Assembly: GCA_038256975.1 (NCBI GenBank)
Contig: JBBSJU010000001.1
Coordinates: forward strand, 59,087 to 123,086
Origin: Minisyncoccia bacterium
GTDB lineage: Bacteria; Patescibacteriota; Minisyncoccia; Phycocordibacterales; UBA5272
Direction of reading: 5' to 3'
Length of the DNA: 64,000 nt
The notes under the pieces were generated by a model that worked only from the letters and a program-made list of their open reading frames with translations, was not told the origin of the DNA and ran no database searches. The translations under genes and the position numbers were made by a program. Positions 11,107-21,275 of the stretch are shown in pieces (the stretch's first letter is position 1; each line of letters opens with the position of its first letter).

Positions 11107-12564
11107 GTGAAAAAACCTTTTTACATTACAACAACCCTTCCATACGTTAACAGTGATCCGCATATTGGGTTTGCCATGGAAATTATCCGTGCCGATGTCG
11201 TTGCGCGATTTAAGCGTATTCAAGGTCATGACGTATTTTTTAATACTGGTACTGATGAACACGGCGCGAAGCTCTACGAAGCTGCACAGAAAGAAGGTGT
11301 AACTCCGCAGCAATATGTTGATGGCTACGCAGCACGGTTTAAGGAACTTGTATCTGTTTTGAATATTTCTGCGAATAACTTTATTCGTACCACAGATGCG
11401 CATCATGTTTTAGCTGCCCAAGAATTTTGGAAAAGAGCTGATGCAAATGGCGATATTTATAAAAAGAATTACAAAACAAAATATTGTATCGGGTGTGAAT
11501 TAGAAAAGACGGACAGTGAACTTGTAGAGGGGAAGTGTCCAATCCATCCCAATCGTGACATTGAAATCCGCGAGGAAGAAAATTACTTTTTCCGCTATTC
11601 AAAATATGGTCAAAAGTTACTTGATCTTTATGCTGCCCGACCAGATTTTGTTCTTCCTGAATCTCGTTTGAATGAAATGAAGGCGTTCATTGAGCGGGGT
11701 CTTGAAGATTTTAGTATTTCTCGCCTCGCGTCAAAAATGTCATGGGGTATTCCGGTTCCAGGAGATGAAGAGCATGTAATGTATGTGTGGTTTGATGCAC
11801 TCGTAAACTACGTTGCCGCAGTTGGGTGGCCTCATAACATGGGGGAATTTGAAAAGTGGTGGAATGAGTCAGGTGGCGTGGTGCAATATTGTGGAAAAGA
11901 CAATACGCGTCAGCAGTCAGCAATGTGGCAAGCAATGCTTATGTCTGTTGGAATAATCCCATCACAAAAGATAATCATTAATGGTTTTATCATGGGTGCT
12001 GATGGACAAAAGATGAGTAAGTCAATTGGAAATGTAGTTAACCCTTTTGAGATTGTTGATGAGTTCAAAGATCTTGCTCATGCACCAGAAGAGGTGGTTC
12101 GTTTTGTGGTCACGCATGATTTTTCTTCTTTCGAAGATAGCCCAGCTTCGCGTGAGTATATTCGTAATTCATACTCAGCACAGCTTGCAAACGGTGTCGG
12201 TAATCTTACAAGTCGCATCATGAAGCTGTCAGAGACATATCTTACTGAACCTGTTCACGAACAAGCAACCCATTTTGCATCTGAATACATAGATGCATTT
12301 GAAAGGTACGATCTTCGCGACGCTATTGCGTATTGTATGCAAATTGTAAAACGTCTCGATACTCGTATCCAGGAAACAGAACCATTTAAAGTAGTGAAAG
12401 TTGAATCTGAAAAAGGAAAAGCGCTCATTACAGCTTTGGTGTACGACCTCGCTATTCTTGCGAGACACCTTGAACCATTTCTACCAAAAACATCTGCGGA
12501 AATATTGTCTTGTATCCGTACAAACAAAACGCCAAGCAAGCCTCTCTTTAACCGCCTTCCATAA
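11107..12564 (+). CDS. metG: Methionyl-tRNA synthetase (short form)
   Basis: FYITT..PYVN..PHIG, GTDEHG, YVWFDAL, KMSKS. Confidence 0.95.
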   Translation: MKKPFYITTTLPYVNSDPHIGFAMEIIRADVVARFKRIQGHDVFFNTGTDEHGAKLYEAAQKEGVTPQQYVDGYAARFKELVSVLNISANNFIRTTDAHHVLAAQEFWKRADANGDIYKKNYKTKYCIGCELEKTDSELVEGKCPIHPNRDIEIREEENYFFRYSKYGQKLLDLYAARPDFVLPESRLNEMKAFIERGLEDFSISRLASKMSWGIPVPGDEEHVMYVWFDALVNYVAAVGWPHNMGEFEKWWNESGGVVQYCGKDNTRQQSAMWQAMLMSVGIIPSQKIIINGFIMGADGQKMSKSIGNVVNPFEIVDEFKDLAHAPEEVVRFVVTHDFSSFEDSPASREYIRNSYSAQLANGVGNLTSRIMKLSETYLTEPVHEQATHFASEYIDAFERYDLRDAIAYCMQIVKRLDTRIQETEPFKVVKVESEKGKALITALVYDLAILARHLEPFLPKTSAEILSCIRTNKTPSKPLFNRLP

Positions 12565-12566
12565 CT

Positions 12567-13379
12567 ATGCAGTATCAATTTTTTGATATTCATGCTCATA
12601 TTCATGGCACTGAATATGACGCAGATCGTGATGGTCTGATGACTTCTTGTGCTCAGGAAAAAGTAGGAATCATTACTGTGGGTACGGACTACGAAGAGTC
12701 TGAAAAGGCAGTTTTGTGTGCACAAAAATATGAGCATGTTTTTGCAACAATTGGCATTCATCCAGTTGATCGTGTTTTAGATTTTGATTATGATCGGCTG
12801 AAAACAATCGCATTGAACGAAAAAGTTGTTGCTATTGGTGAGTGTGGACTCGATTACTATTGGCCGGCACATGACAATTGGAAAACAGGAGAGGAGATAG
12901 AGAAAGCCCGACAAAAGGAACTTTTTCAAAAACAAATAGAGCTTGCTGTAGAACTTAATCTTCCCCTTATGATTCATGGACGTCCGACAAAGAAGTCCAT
13001 GGATGCGTATGAAGATATTTTAGAGATTTTAAAAGAATGCCAAAAGGTACATGGTGCCAAAGTTCGGGGTAATGTGCACTTTTTTGCAGGTAACTTGTTT
13101 ATTGCAGAGCAATTTTGGAATCTTGGATTCACAACATCATTTACTGGAGTGATTACATTTACACATGATTACGATGAAGTGATAAAAATAGCTCCGCTTT
13201 CTATGCTCATGGCTGAAACTGATAGTCCGTACGCTACTCCTGTGCCACATCGAGGTACGCCGAATACTCCACTTTATGTTTGGCTTGTTTATCAAAAAAT
13301 AGCCGAGCTGAAAGGTGTCTCACTTCTAGAAGTGCAGAATCAATTTGAAGAAAATAGAAAACGAGTTTTTGGAATATAA
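12567..13379 (+). CDS. tatD: TatD family DNase
   Basis: DIHAH, GIHP, AIGECGLDYY, ETDSPY; follows metG as is usual. Confidence 0.9.
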   Translation: MQYQFFDIHAHIHGTEYDADRDGLMTSCAQEKVGIITVGTDYEESEKAVLCAQKYEHVFATIGIHPVDRVLDFDYDRLKTIALNEKVVAIGECGLDYYWPAHDNWKTGEEIEKARQKELFQKQIELAVELNLPLMIHGRPTKKSMDAYEDILEILKECQKVHGAKVRGNVHFFAGNLFIAEQFWNLGFTTSFTGVITFTHDYDEVIKIAPLSMLMAETDSPYATPVPHRGTPNTPLYVWLVYQKIAELKGVSLLEVQNQFEENRKRVFGI

Positions 13380-13381
13380 GT

Positions 13382-13504
13382 CTTTTAAAAACCCGAGTTA
13401 TATATGCACACGTTCTCGCTTTGCCAAGCGAGCCGTTCCGCTCGACAGAATTTTCTGCTGAAAATTCGTCTGTGCGAGGCATATGTAATTCGGGTTTTTA
13501 AAGT
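13382..13504 (+). repeat. Structured repeat family A, copy 1 (26-bp outer arms enclosing two hairpins)
   Basis: Arms 13382-13407 and 13479-13504; core 13404-13482 is nearly identical to 45383-45460. Confidence 0.85.
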
Positions 13505-13584
13505 TCGGGAAAAGTTGACATATATACACTTTCTCGGTATGAATATGTTAAACCTCGCACAGTGTGAGGAGCATGGAGTGGGTC

Positions 13585-13788
13585 ATGATGGTTATTGTAG
13601 TGATTGTTAAGTTGGTACTCATGATTGTGGGTCTTTGGTTGCTGACCCTGTTTGGCATGATTACCGCCCCTAATCTGTATGAATACGGAGAGAGTGAGCT
13701 ATTTCCAAAGGCGGTAAAGATTGTGTTGAGAAGGTATTTACTCGGAGGAATCACGGCAATTTTTCTCGCCGTGTTTATCCCGTACTGA
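13585..13788 (+). CDS. Small two-TM hypothetical protein
   Basis: Hydrophobic ORF with TTGACA at 13516, GGAG upstream of the ATG and a terminator hairpin downstream; start uncertain (13573 or 13585). Confidence 0.5.
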   Translation: MMVIVVIVKLVLMIVGLWLLTLFGMITAPNLYEYGESELFPKAVKIVLRRYLLGGITAIFLAVFIPY

Positions 13789-13799
13789 TTTTTCAAGTT

Positions 13800-13839
13800 C
13801 CGAAAGCTCGCAGTGCGGCTTTCGGGCTTTCGTTTTTTA
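13800..13839 (+). terminator. Intrinsic terminator
   Basis: CCGAAAGC...GCTTTCGG hairpin followed by a T-tract. Confidence 0.6.
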
Positions 13840-13896
13840 TAGAGACACTAAAGGATTATTTTTTATATACAAAGGTGCGGTATACTTAAAGGACGC

Positions 13897-16629
13897 ATGA
13901 ATCCATCGTTTCTTCCGCAGCAATTTAAAAATCCTGAAGAAGAGATTGCCTATTTGCGTTCAAAACTTTTTGAGCGTGAGACACAAATGAAGGAAACTGG
14001 CGGGCAATTATCTGCTCCTGAGATTATGAAAGTGGAAGTGGATAGGTATCAGCAGATTCCTGTCGAAAAAGCTCTCACTCCACAATACGCTCTTTCACAG
14101 GGAGAGGTGGGGGGTATTGTGCTTAATCTTACGCCGCGCTCAACGGATGAAAAAGTAAGCGAGCTTTTGGGAATCTTTTTAGATAAAGGGTTACGGAATA
14201 CCCTGAGCGTTCTTGAACAAATGAAAAATCCAAGCCTCGACGACGACTTTCATCGCTTCCTTGTTCAATACATTGCTTCAGGACAAGACCCAAAAGATGT
14301 TCGCAAGGTGCCAGAGGAAATGAAGGGAGTGGACATGGTTCTTTACGAAATCTCGCTTCCCGCAGAAGAGACGAGTGATAAAGCGAAGTCGTTTAAAGAA
14401 CTTGTGGCGTCAATGGAGCAGTTCTATGCTGGGATGCTTGCTATTTCAGATGGCAAGGATAATTCAAATAAAAATTATTTCTCTCTTGAAATTGCACTTT
14501 CAGCCGAAAGTGATGAGATTATTTTTTATGCAGCAGTGCCACGCGAACGTCGGGAGCTTTTTGAAAAGCAGATCATTGGTGTATATCCAAAAGCTCGTCT
14601 CAAAGAACAGGTGAATGATTATAATATTTTTAATAATGAGGGTGCCTCATATGGGATGACGGCAGAATTTACCGAAAGTGCGGCGCTCCCCATAAAAACA
14701 TACGAGCAATTTGAGGCCGATCCTGTACAAGTTATCTTGAGCTCGTTCTCAAAACTCAAACACACTGGTGAGGGTGCGGCAGTGCAGTTTCTTATTCGTC
14801 CAGCAGGCGCAAAGTTCATTGAACGCTACGGAAAGATGCTCGATAAAATAAAGAAGGGTATGACGCTCAAAGAAGCAGTGAAGGAAGAAAGTACTGCGTA
14901 TTTGGTTGGCAAAAAGACGCTTAATTTTGTTTTTGGTGGCGAAAAAAAGAAAGATGAGAAAGTGACTATTTCACATGTTGAAGAAGATGCAACCCGTCTG
15001 ATTGTGGACAAAATAAAAAGTACCATCGTGGAAGTAAACATACGTGTCATTGCTTCAGCAGAGACAGTCGAGCGAGCACAAGGGATTATTAAAGATGTTA
15101 TTTCTGGATTTCACCAGTTCACTGAAACAAAAGGCAATCAGCTGACGTTTGATGTCAAAAAAGCTAAAGCGAACACTCGGTTATTCCATGACTTCAGTTA
15201 CCGTATTTTCCGAGAAAATGAAGTGTTGCCGCTTAACTTAAAAGAGCTGACAACTCTTGCGCACTTTCCAAGCTCTACAGTTGGTTCAAATCAGCTTAAG
15301 ACTGCTCAAGCAGCACAAGCGCCTGCGCCACTTGATTTACCAGTGTCAGGAACGCTTATCGGTGTCAACAAGTATCGGAGCACAGAGACAAAGATTTTCA
15401 TGACTCCTGATGATCGGGTGCGTCACATGTATGTTGTAGGACAGACAGGAACAGGTAAGACAAGTATCTTGAAAAACATGATTATTCAGGATATTCAAAA
15501 TGGTGATGGTTGCTGTTTTATAGATCCACACGGTACGGATGTGCAAGATATCTTAGCAAGTATCCCTCCAGAGCGTGCAAAAGATGTGGTGTATTTTGAC
15601 CCAGCATACACAGCACGGCCGATGGGACTCAATATGCTTGAATACGATGTTCGTTTTCCTGAACAGAAGACATTTGTAGTTAATGAGCTCTTGAGTATTT
15701 TCAACAAACTTTTTGATATGAAGACTGCTGGCGGGCCGGCATTTGAACAATACTTCCGCAATTCAGCTCTTCTAGTGATGGAACATCCAGAAAGCGGAAA
15801 TACCCTTCTTGATATTTCACGTGTGCTCTCTGATAAAAATTATCGAGCCTATAAGCTTTCTAAATGCCAAAATCCACTTGTGTCGCAGTTTTGGGCAAAC
15901 GCTGAAAAGACAACAGGTGATCAAGGTTTACAGAACTATGTTCCGTATATCACTAATAAATTCGACAATTTTCTTTCAAATGAAATCATGCGACCGGTAG
16001 TTGCTCAAGAGCACTCTGCTTTCAATTTCCGCGATATCATGGATCAGAAAAAGATACTCCTCGTCAATCTTTCGAAAGGTCGTCTCGGTGACATTAATGC
16101 GAATCTCATTGGACTTATTTTGGTTGGGAAGATCCAAATGGCCGCACTTTCTCGTGTGGATATGTACGGACAAAAGATGAACGATTTTTATCTCTATATC
16201 GATGAGTTTCAAAATGTCACGACCGATTCCATCGAGTCTATTCTCTCAGAAGCCCGAAAGTATCGTTTGAGTCTCAACTTAGCTCATCAGTACATTAGCC
16301 AAATCCCTGAAAATATTAAAGGTGCCGTGTTTGGAAACGTGGGTTCCATGGCAGTCTTTCGGGTTGGTGTCGAGGATGCTGAATTTTTGGCAAAACAATT
16401 TGAGCCGATTTTTACCGCGAATGATATTTTGAAAATTGAAAACTATAATGCGTATGTCAAAATGCTTTCTCGGGGTATTCCTCAGAAACCATTTAATATT
16501 AGTATTCTACCTCCAGCGAAGGGTAATCTAGAAATTGTAGAGCAACTTAAACAGCTTTCATATATGACATTTGGGCGAGACAGAACAGAGGTTGAAGCGG
16601 AAATCGCTCAAAAGTACACGCCCGTCTAG
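13897..16629 (+). CDS. VirD4/TraG-like (HerA/FtsK superfamily) ATPase
   Basis: Walker A GQTGTGKT, IDPHG, YIDEFQN, LSEARKY, AHQYI.Q, FGNVGS. Confidence 0.85.
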   Translation: MNPSFLPQQFKNPEEEIAYLRSKLFERETQMKETGGQLSAPEIMKVEVDRYQQIPVEKALTPQYALSQGEVGGIVLNLTPRSTDEKVSELLGIFLDKGLRNTLSVLEQMKNPSLDDDFHRFLVQYIASGQDPKDVRKVPEEMKGVDMVLYEISLPAEETSDKAKSFKELVASMEQFYAGMLAISDGKDNSNKNYFSLEIALSAESDEIIFYAAVPRERRELFEKQIIGVYPKARLKEQVNDYNIFNNEGASYGMTAEFTESAALPIKTYEQFEADPVQVILSSFSKLKHTGEGAAVQFLIRPAGAKFIERYGKMLDKIKKGMTLKEAVKEESTAYLVGKKTLNFVFGGEKKKDEKVTISHVEEDATRLIVDKIKSTIVEVNIRVIASAETVERAQGIIKDVISGFHQFTETKGNQLTFDVKKAKANTRLFHDFSYRIFRENEVLPLNLKELTTLAHFPSSTVGSNQLKTAQAAQAPAPLDLPVSGTLIGVNKYRSTETKIFMTPDDRVRHMYVVGQTGTGKTSILKNMIIQDIQNGDGCCFIDPHGTDVQDILASIPPERAKDVVYFDPAYTARPMGLNMLEYDVRFPEQKTFVVNELLSIFNKLFDMKTAGGPAFEQYFRNSALLVMEHPESGNTLLDISRVLSDKNYRAYKLSKCQNPLVSQFWANAEKTTGDQGLQNYVPYITNKFDNFLSNEIMRPVVAQEHSAFNFRDIMDQKKILLVNLSKGRLGDINANLIGLILVGKIQMAALSRVDMYGQKMNDFYLYIDEFQNVTTDSIESILSEARKYRLSLNLAHQYISQIPENIKGAVFGNVGSMAVFRVGVEDAEFLAKQFEPIFTANDILKIENYNAYVKMLSRGIPQKPFNISILPPAKGNLEIVEQLKQLSYMTFGRDRTEVEAEIAQKYTPV

Positions 16630-16652
16630 CTTTTTGCTATACTTCAGCCTAT

Positions 16653-17255
16653 ATGACACACCCAAAGAAAGAGCGTACATTTGTAATTTTAAAGCCAGAC
16701 GCTATTCAGCGTGGACTTGTGGGAGATATTCTCTCCAGATTTGAAAAGTCAGGACTCAAAACAGTCGCAATGAAAATGGTTGTTGCAACCGAAGAGCAGT
16801 GTTTTGCGCACTATAATAAGGATGACGCATGGTTTGAAAAGAAGGGGGCAAAGGTAGTTGAAAATATGAAATCACGTGGTGTAGAGCCAACAAAGCCTGC
16901 CATTGAGTATGGTAAAGATATTGTACGGGCACTCGCAAAGTACATGACAGCTGGCCCATCAATTTGTCTTGTATTTGAAGGAAATAAATCCGTCGCTGTG
17001 GTGACAAAGCTTGTAGGTGGCACGGAGCCAACAACATCTGATGTGGGAACTATCCGTGGCGACCTTACTTTAGATTCATACGATGCTGCAAATTTTGATG
17101 CACGCGCAGTACGTAACCTTGCACATTGTTCAGAGAGTCCTGAAGAGGCGCTACGAGAAATTCCTATTTGGTTTAAAGAAAATGAAATCATTTCGTACAA
17201 TCATATTCAAGACGCTATTCTCTACGACGTGAATCTTGACGGCATTCTTGAATAA
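16653..17255 (+). CDS. ndk: Nucleoside-diphosphate kinase
   Basis: ERTFVILKPDAIQRGL, GTIRGD, RNLAHCS. Confidence 0.92.
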   Translation: MTHPKKERTFVILKPDAIQRGLVGDILSRFEKSGLKTVAMKMVVATEEQCFAHYNKDDAWFEKKGAKVVENMKSRGVEPTKPAIEYGKDIVRALAKYMTAGPSICLVFEGNKSVAVVTKLVGGTEPTTSDVGTIRGDLTLDSYDAANFDARAVRNLAHCSESPEEALREIPIWFKENEIISYNHIQDAILYDVNLDGILE

Positions 17256-17258
17256 TTC

Positions 17259-17702
17259 ATGGAACACCTCACTGTACAAGTAAGTGAAATGATTCACGCT
17301 CCAATACAAAAAGTATTTGATTTTATTGTTGATCCTACACAAACACCAAAGGCGATGACTGGTTCTATAGAGAACACAAATATCTCCGAACTTCCACTTA
17401 AGAAAGGCTCAACATATAACTATAAATATAAAATGCTCGGGGTGACACTTGATGGTGTGTGGGAGGTAAAACAAATTGAATCACCAAAAATGTATTCAGC
17501 ACGAACTATTGGTGATGCTGAAAGTGAATGGAATTATGAACTTCAGGAAGATGCGGGGGTAACACATATTATTCTCACCATTACGTATAAGCCGCCAGAG
17601 AATGTTTTTGATCGAGTAAAGATGAGTGCGATGATAAAAGTGAATGAATTGGAGGCAAAAAACTTTCTACATAATCTGAAGGTATTGACTGAAGAAGAGT
17701 AG
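17259..17702 (+). CDS. SRPBCC/START-like domain protein
   Basis: I.APIQKVFDF..DP N-terminus and C-terminal helix ..L.NLK typical of the fold. Confidence 0.7.
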   Translation: MEHLTVQVSEMIHAPIQKVFDFIVDPTQTPKAMTGSIENTNISELPLKKGSTYNYKYKMLGVTLDGVWEVKQIESPKMYSARTIGDAESEWNYELQEDAGVTHIILTITYKPPENVFDRVKMSAMIKVNELEAKNFLHNLKVLTEEE

Positions 17703-17718
17703 AAGATATACTGGATAC

Positions 17719-17840
17719 AGGTGTCGCACGTGTATCTTTCTTAACACTTGGTAAGGGAATGCGATATCCGTGTGTGCTGTGGCATATACATGAGCGATCC
17801 CACTTGAATTTTTTAGTTCAGGTACACCTGTTGGCACCTA
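17719..17840 (+). ncRNA. ssrS: 6S RNA-like (compact, about 120 nt)
   Basis: Closing stems AGGTGTC/GGCACCT and GTGTATCT/AGGTACAC; central bubble with CCCACTTGAA...TTCAGG; apical stem; TTGACT-16-TATACT promoter upstream and terminator downstream. Confidence 0.7.
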
Positions 17841-17841
17841 T

Positions 17842-17876
17842 AAAAAATATCACTCAGAAATGGGTGGTATTTTTTG
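17842..17876 (+). terminator. Intrinsic terminator after the 6S-like RNA
   Basis: AAAAATATCACTCA-GAAA-TGGGTGGTATTTTT. Confidence 0.7.
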
Positions 17877-17902
17877 TTTGTGCACTCTGATACAATACGA
17901 GC

Positions 17903-18289
17903 ATGTCCAAAGCTCTCTATGGAAGCACCTTCTTGTCTGTAGGCGTTCTCTCTTTTTTGCACTGGTATGCACTCAAGCAGCATCTCTATTTTTTTTATCC
18001 AACACTTGATATCTTCATGCATCTTTTTGGCGGGTTTACTGTTGGACTCTGTGCGGTGATAGCGATTTCCTTTTTCTTTAGAAACCTACCACCTAAAGTC
18101 CTCTACGCTCTTGTATTTTTATTTGTGCTCTCAAGCGGGGCATTGTGGGAAGTGTTTGAATTATATTTAAACTTTGAATTTAATTTAAAAAATTTTAGCC
18201 TGCAAGATACGATGGCAGATCTTGTAAATGATTTAGTAGGTGGGACAATTGCCCTGTATCTAGCCTACAAAAAACACTGGTATGCCTAG
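17903..18289 (+). CDS. Membrane protein (DUF2238/VanZ-like)
   Basis: D..MH..GG, WE..E and DT..DL..D..GG motifs. Confidence 0.6.
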   Translation: MSKALYGSTFLSVGVLSFLHWYALKQHLYFFYPTLDIFMHLFGGFTVGLCAVIAISFFFRNLPPKVLYALVFLFVLSSGALWEVFELYLNFEFNLKNFSLQDTMADLVNDLVGGTIALYLAYKKHWYA

Positions 18290-19664
18290 TAAACAAGTAA
18301 GTATTTCATTCGAGAGTGGCGCTCGTTCAGTAACGGGCTCTAATTTTTTGATTGAGTTTGGAAATAAAAAGTTTTTGGTTGATTGTGGCCTCGAACAAGG
18401 AAGTAAGTATGCTGATGAACAAAACCATGATCCGTTTGCATACGATCCATCCTCTATTGACGTGCTTTTTGTAACGCATGGACACTTAGATCATGTAGGA
18501 AGAATTGGAAAACTCGTGAAAGATGGTTTTCGAGGTCAGATATATTCAACACCACCAACAAAAGAAATAGGTGAGCTTGTGATGATAGATAGTATGAAAA
18601 TTGTAAACAGGGCAGCTGAGGAGGATCAAAAAGAGCCACTCTATTTACAAGGAGATGTAGATAATGCTCTTGCGCGTTGGAATACAAAAGATTATCACGA
18701 ACCAATGATATTTGATTGCGAGGGAGAGCCGCTTACAGTTACATTTCGTGACGCTGGGCACATTCTAGGCTCTTCGATGGTTGTTTTTTCATATAGAGGT
18801 ACAAAAATAGCGTTTACGGGCGACCTCGGGAATACACCTTCGACACTTATGGCAGATACTGAAATCATGCGCGATATTGATTACCTTGCTATTGAAAGCG
18901 TATATGGTGACCGTAATCACGAGATGCATTTTGAACGAAAACAAAAGTTACAAGATATAATTTTACGCACCGTTAAAGAAAAAGGGATTCTCATCATTCC
19001 AGCATTTTCGGTTGAACGTACGCAGGAACTCTTATTTGAGTTGAATGATATGGTTGAAAACAAAGAGGTCCCTCGGGTACCAACATATCTTGACTCACCA
19101 CTTGCAATAAAAGTAACAGATGTTTTTAAGCGAAACAAAAAATATCTCAATAAAAGTGTGCAAGAACGAATGAAATCTGATGACATTTTTGATTTTCCAG
19201 GACTCATTCGGGTGGCTGATAGTGAGGAGTCAAAAGCAATAAAAGAAGTTCCTGGTCCAAAAATAATTATTGCAGGAGCTGGCATGATGAATGGTGGGCG
19301 AGTGATCCATCATGCAAAAAATTATCTTAACAATCCTCACGCAACACTCCTTGTTGTCGGCTATCAAGCGCCAGGTACACTCGCACGGCTTCTGGTGGAC
19401 GGTATAAAAACAGTTCGAATATTTGGTATCGAAGTTGCGGTTCGTGCTAGGGTAGAAACCCTTACTGGCTATTCAGCACATAAAGATTCTGACGATCTTG
19501 TTTCTTTTGTCGAACCAATGGTTGGACGACTTAAAAAGGTGTTTGTCATTTTGGGCGAACTAAAAGCTTCTCTTTTTCTCGCACAACGTATAAAAGATAC
19601 CTATAATGTCGATGTGTCGGTTCCTGACAAGGGTGACAAAGTAATCGTGCCACTGGTACAATAG
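18282..19664 (+). CDS. MBL-fold/beta-CASP ribonuclease (YSH1-like)
   Basis: THGHLDHVG, AGHILGS, FTGDLG, ESVYG, YSAH.D. Confidence 0.9.
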   Translation: MPSKQVSISFESGARSVTGSNFLIEFGNKKFLVDCGLEQGSKYADEQNHDPFAYDPSSIDVLFVTHGHLDHVGRIGKLVKDGFRGQIYSTPPTKEIGELVMIDSMKIVNRAAEEDQKEPLYLQGDVDNALARWNTKDYHEPMIFDCEGEPLTVTFRDAGHILGSSMVVFSYRGTKIAFTGDLGNTPSTLMADTEIMRDIDYLAIESVYGDRNHEMHFERKQKLQDIILRTVKEKGILIIPAFSVERTQELLFELNDMVENKEVPRVPTYLDSPLAIKVTDVFKRNKKYLNKSVQERMKSDDIFDFPGLIRVADSEESKAIKEVPGPKIIIAGAGMMNGGRVIHHAKNYLNNPHATLLVVGYQAPGTLARLLVDGIKTVRIFGIEVAVRARVETLTGYSAHKDSDDLVSFVEPMVGRLKKVFVILGELKASLFLAQRIKDTYNVDVSVPDKGDKVIVPLVQ

Positions 19665-19671
19665 AGCAAAC

Positions 19672-20247
19672 ATGACTATACATAAAGAAACCTCGATCGT
19701 GCTTTGCGTCTCTGGAGCAGCTGACATTGGGCACTGTGGCATTGATGCGCGCGAAAAGGCAATAGAGCTTGGGAAAGAGATTGGTAGAAAAGGTGCGGTG
19801 TTGGTAACGGGCGCGACTACAGGGTTTCCTTTGTGGGCAGCAATGGGAACAAAGTCGGAAGGAGGCATTTCAATTGGACTTTCTCCTGCGGCCAATGTAA
19901 GAGAGCACAAAGAGGTGTATAAGCTTCCGCCTGATTATATGGACTTGGTAGTCTATACAGGGTTTGGTTTTCCTGGACGCGATTTGTTACTCATTCGTTC
20001 ATGCGAGGCGGTACTCATTGGTTGTGGACGTATTGGCACTATTCACGAGTTTACGATTGCGTTTGAGGACAATAAACCGATTGGAGTTTTGCAAGGCGAT
20101 TGGGCCACAGATGAAGTTATTCAAAATATTATTGCAAAAGGTAATCGTCCTAATCCAAAGATTGTTTTCGATACAGACCCAAAACGTTTGGTGGAAAAAG
20201 TGATAGAGCTTGTTAAAGTCGATCGTTTAGCGGCAGGGGTTATTTAG
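19672..20247 (+). CDS. LOG/SLOG family nucleotide-binding protein
   Basis: LVTGATTG, SIGLSP, GR.....RS, G..GT..E. Confidence 0.75.
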   Translation: MTIHKETSIVLCVSGAADIGHCGIDAREKAIELGKEIGRKGAVLVTGATTGFPLWAAMGTKSEGGISIGLSPAANVREHKEVYKLPPDYMDLVVYTGFGFPGRDLLLIRSCEAVLIGCGRIGTIHEFTIAFEDNKPIGVLQGDWATDEVIQNIIAKGNRPNPKIVFDTDPKRLVEKVIELVKVDRLAAGVI

Positions 20248-20318
20248 AAAATAAACAAAAGAAAACCCCACCAGACTAAAAGCAGGTAGGGTATTGCATG
20301 AGTGTTTTGGGCACTTTT

Positions 20319-20849
20319 TTATTTTGTCTTGGTCTTGGAAAACAAATGCGACAAGATACATCCTAGTATCCCACCAACAACCACAGAGCTAAGCACACCC
20401 TCACTATGAAAATGATTCTCTTGAATTACTCCAGACCACGTTTCTGAGTGGGGTGCTGGTATGTAGTAATAGACGAACGTTACGGTCAATGTCACAAGAG
20501 CACCTATGGTGATGTAGCGCGCAAACTTTCCATAGTGCGCTTTCGCTTCTACGTACAGGAATACCATATCGAGGAGTGCATGTATTCCGTGAAAAGTGAT
20601 TTCAGATCCATTGTAGTGACTTCCATGTAGTGCATGATGGTACCACTCAATTATCATGTGTCCGACAAGGAAAAGTGACGGAAGGTATCCATGTCGTTTA
20701 TGCGCCAAAAGCGCGACGGACAGACCTCCAAGTAGCGCACCGAACATTTGCCAAGAACCAAAACCCATTTCCCAAATATGCAGGAGAAGGAATCCTCCAT
20801 AGATGATGAGAAACAACTGAAAGAACAATCGGCGATGAGTATGAGTCAT
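20319..20849 (-). CDS. His-rich multi-TM membrane protein
   Basis: About 5-6 TM segments with many His (THTH, HKRH, YHHALH, HFH). Confidence 0.65.
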   Translation of the reverse strand: MTHTHRRLFFQLFLIIYGGFLLLHIWEMGFGSWQMFGALLGGLSVALLAHKRHGYLPSLFLVGHMIIEWYHHALHGSHYNGSEITFHGIHALLDMVFLYVEAKAHYGKFARYITIGALVTLTVTFVYYYIPAPHSETWSGVIQENHFHSEGVLSSVVVGGILGCILSHLFSKTKTK

Positions 20850-20903
20850 TTTTTCTTTCCTAAGGAAAAGGCGTCACTGGGACGCCTTTTGAACAAGTCC
20901 CAG

Positions 20904-21275
20904 TTAATGGAAGACCTGAGCTTTTATGTCGTTGTATGCATCACTTTGCGTGAGACACATAACAGCGACAGCTCTCAAGACATTCTGAAGCCGTGAAGCG
21001 TCGGCCATGTGTTTCCCCACAGTAAACGAAATGGGGTCGCCGTCTGCTTTGTGCCACTGATTGCACACATGTGGCTTACCACCGTGAGAGTTTTCGTCAC
21101 GATGATCATCGAAGACGACAAAACGAACATGCCCATCAGGAAACGTGCATCGCACGGTTACGCATCGCGAACTTTCCTTTACTAAGAACACGAACCCTTC
21201 CTTTTGAGCAAGTTCAAGCAGGTGGTCTGCGTTTTCGGAAAGAAAGTCGCTAAACGGGTGGTTAGCAGTCAGCAT
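20904..21275 (-). CDS. Hypothetical protein (Cys/His-containing ORFan)
   Basis: GC-richer ORF; GGAG upstream of ATG 21275; overlaps the end of the upstream ORF. Confidence 0.5.
   Translation of the reverse strand: MLTANHPFSDFLSENADHLLELAQKEGFVFLVKESSRCVTVRCTFPDGHVRFVVFDDHRDENSHGGKPHVCNQWHKADGDPISFTVGKHMADASRLQNVLRAVAVMCLTQSDAYNDIKAQVFH

Noticed and set aside
13897-16629. Conjugative element suggested by the VirD4-like ATPase
   Set aside because: No relaxase, VirB4, integrase or att sites nearby; the gene sits among housekeeping genes
18282-20247. MBL nuclease plus SLOG protein as an anti-phage system
   Set aside because: Both look like ordinary housekeeping family members and there is no defence-island context
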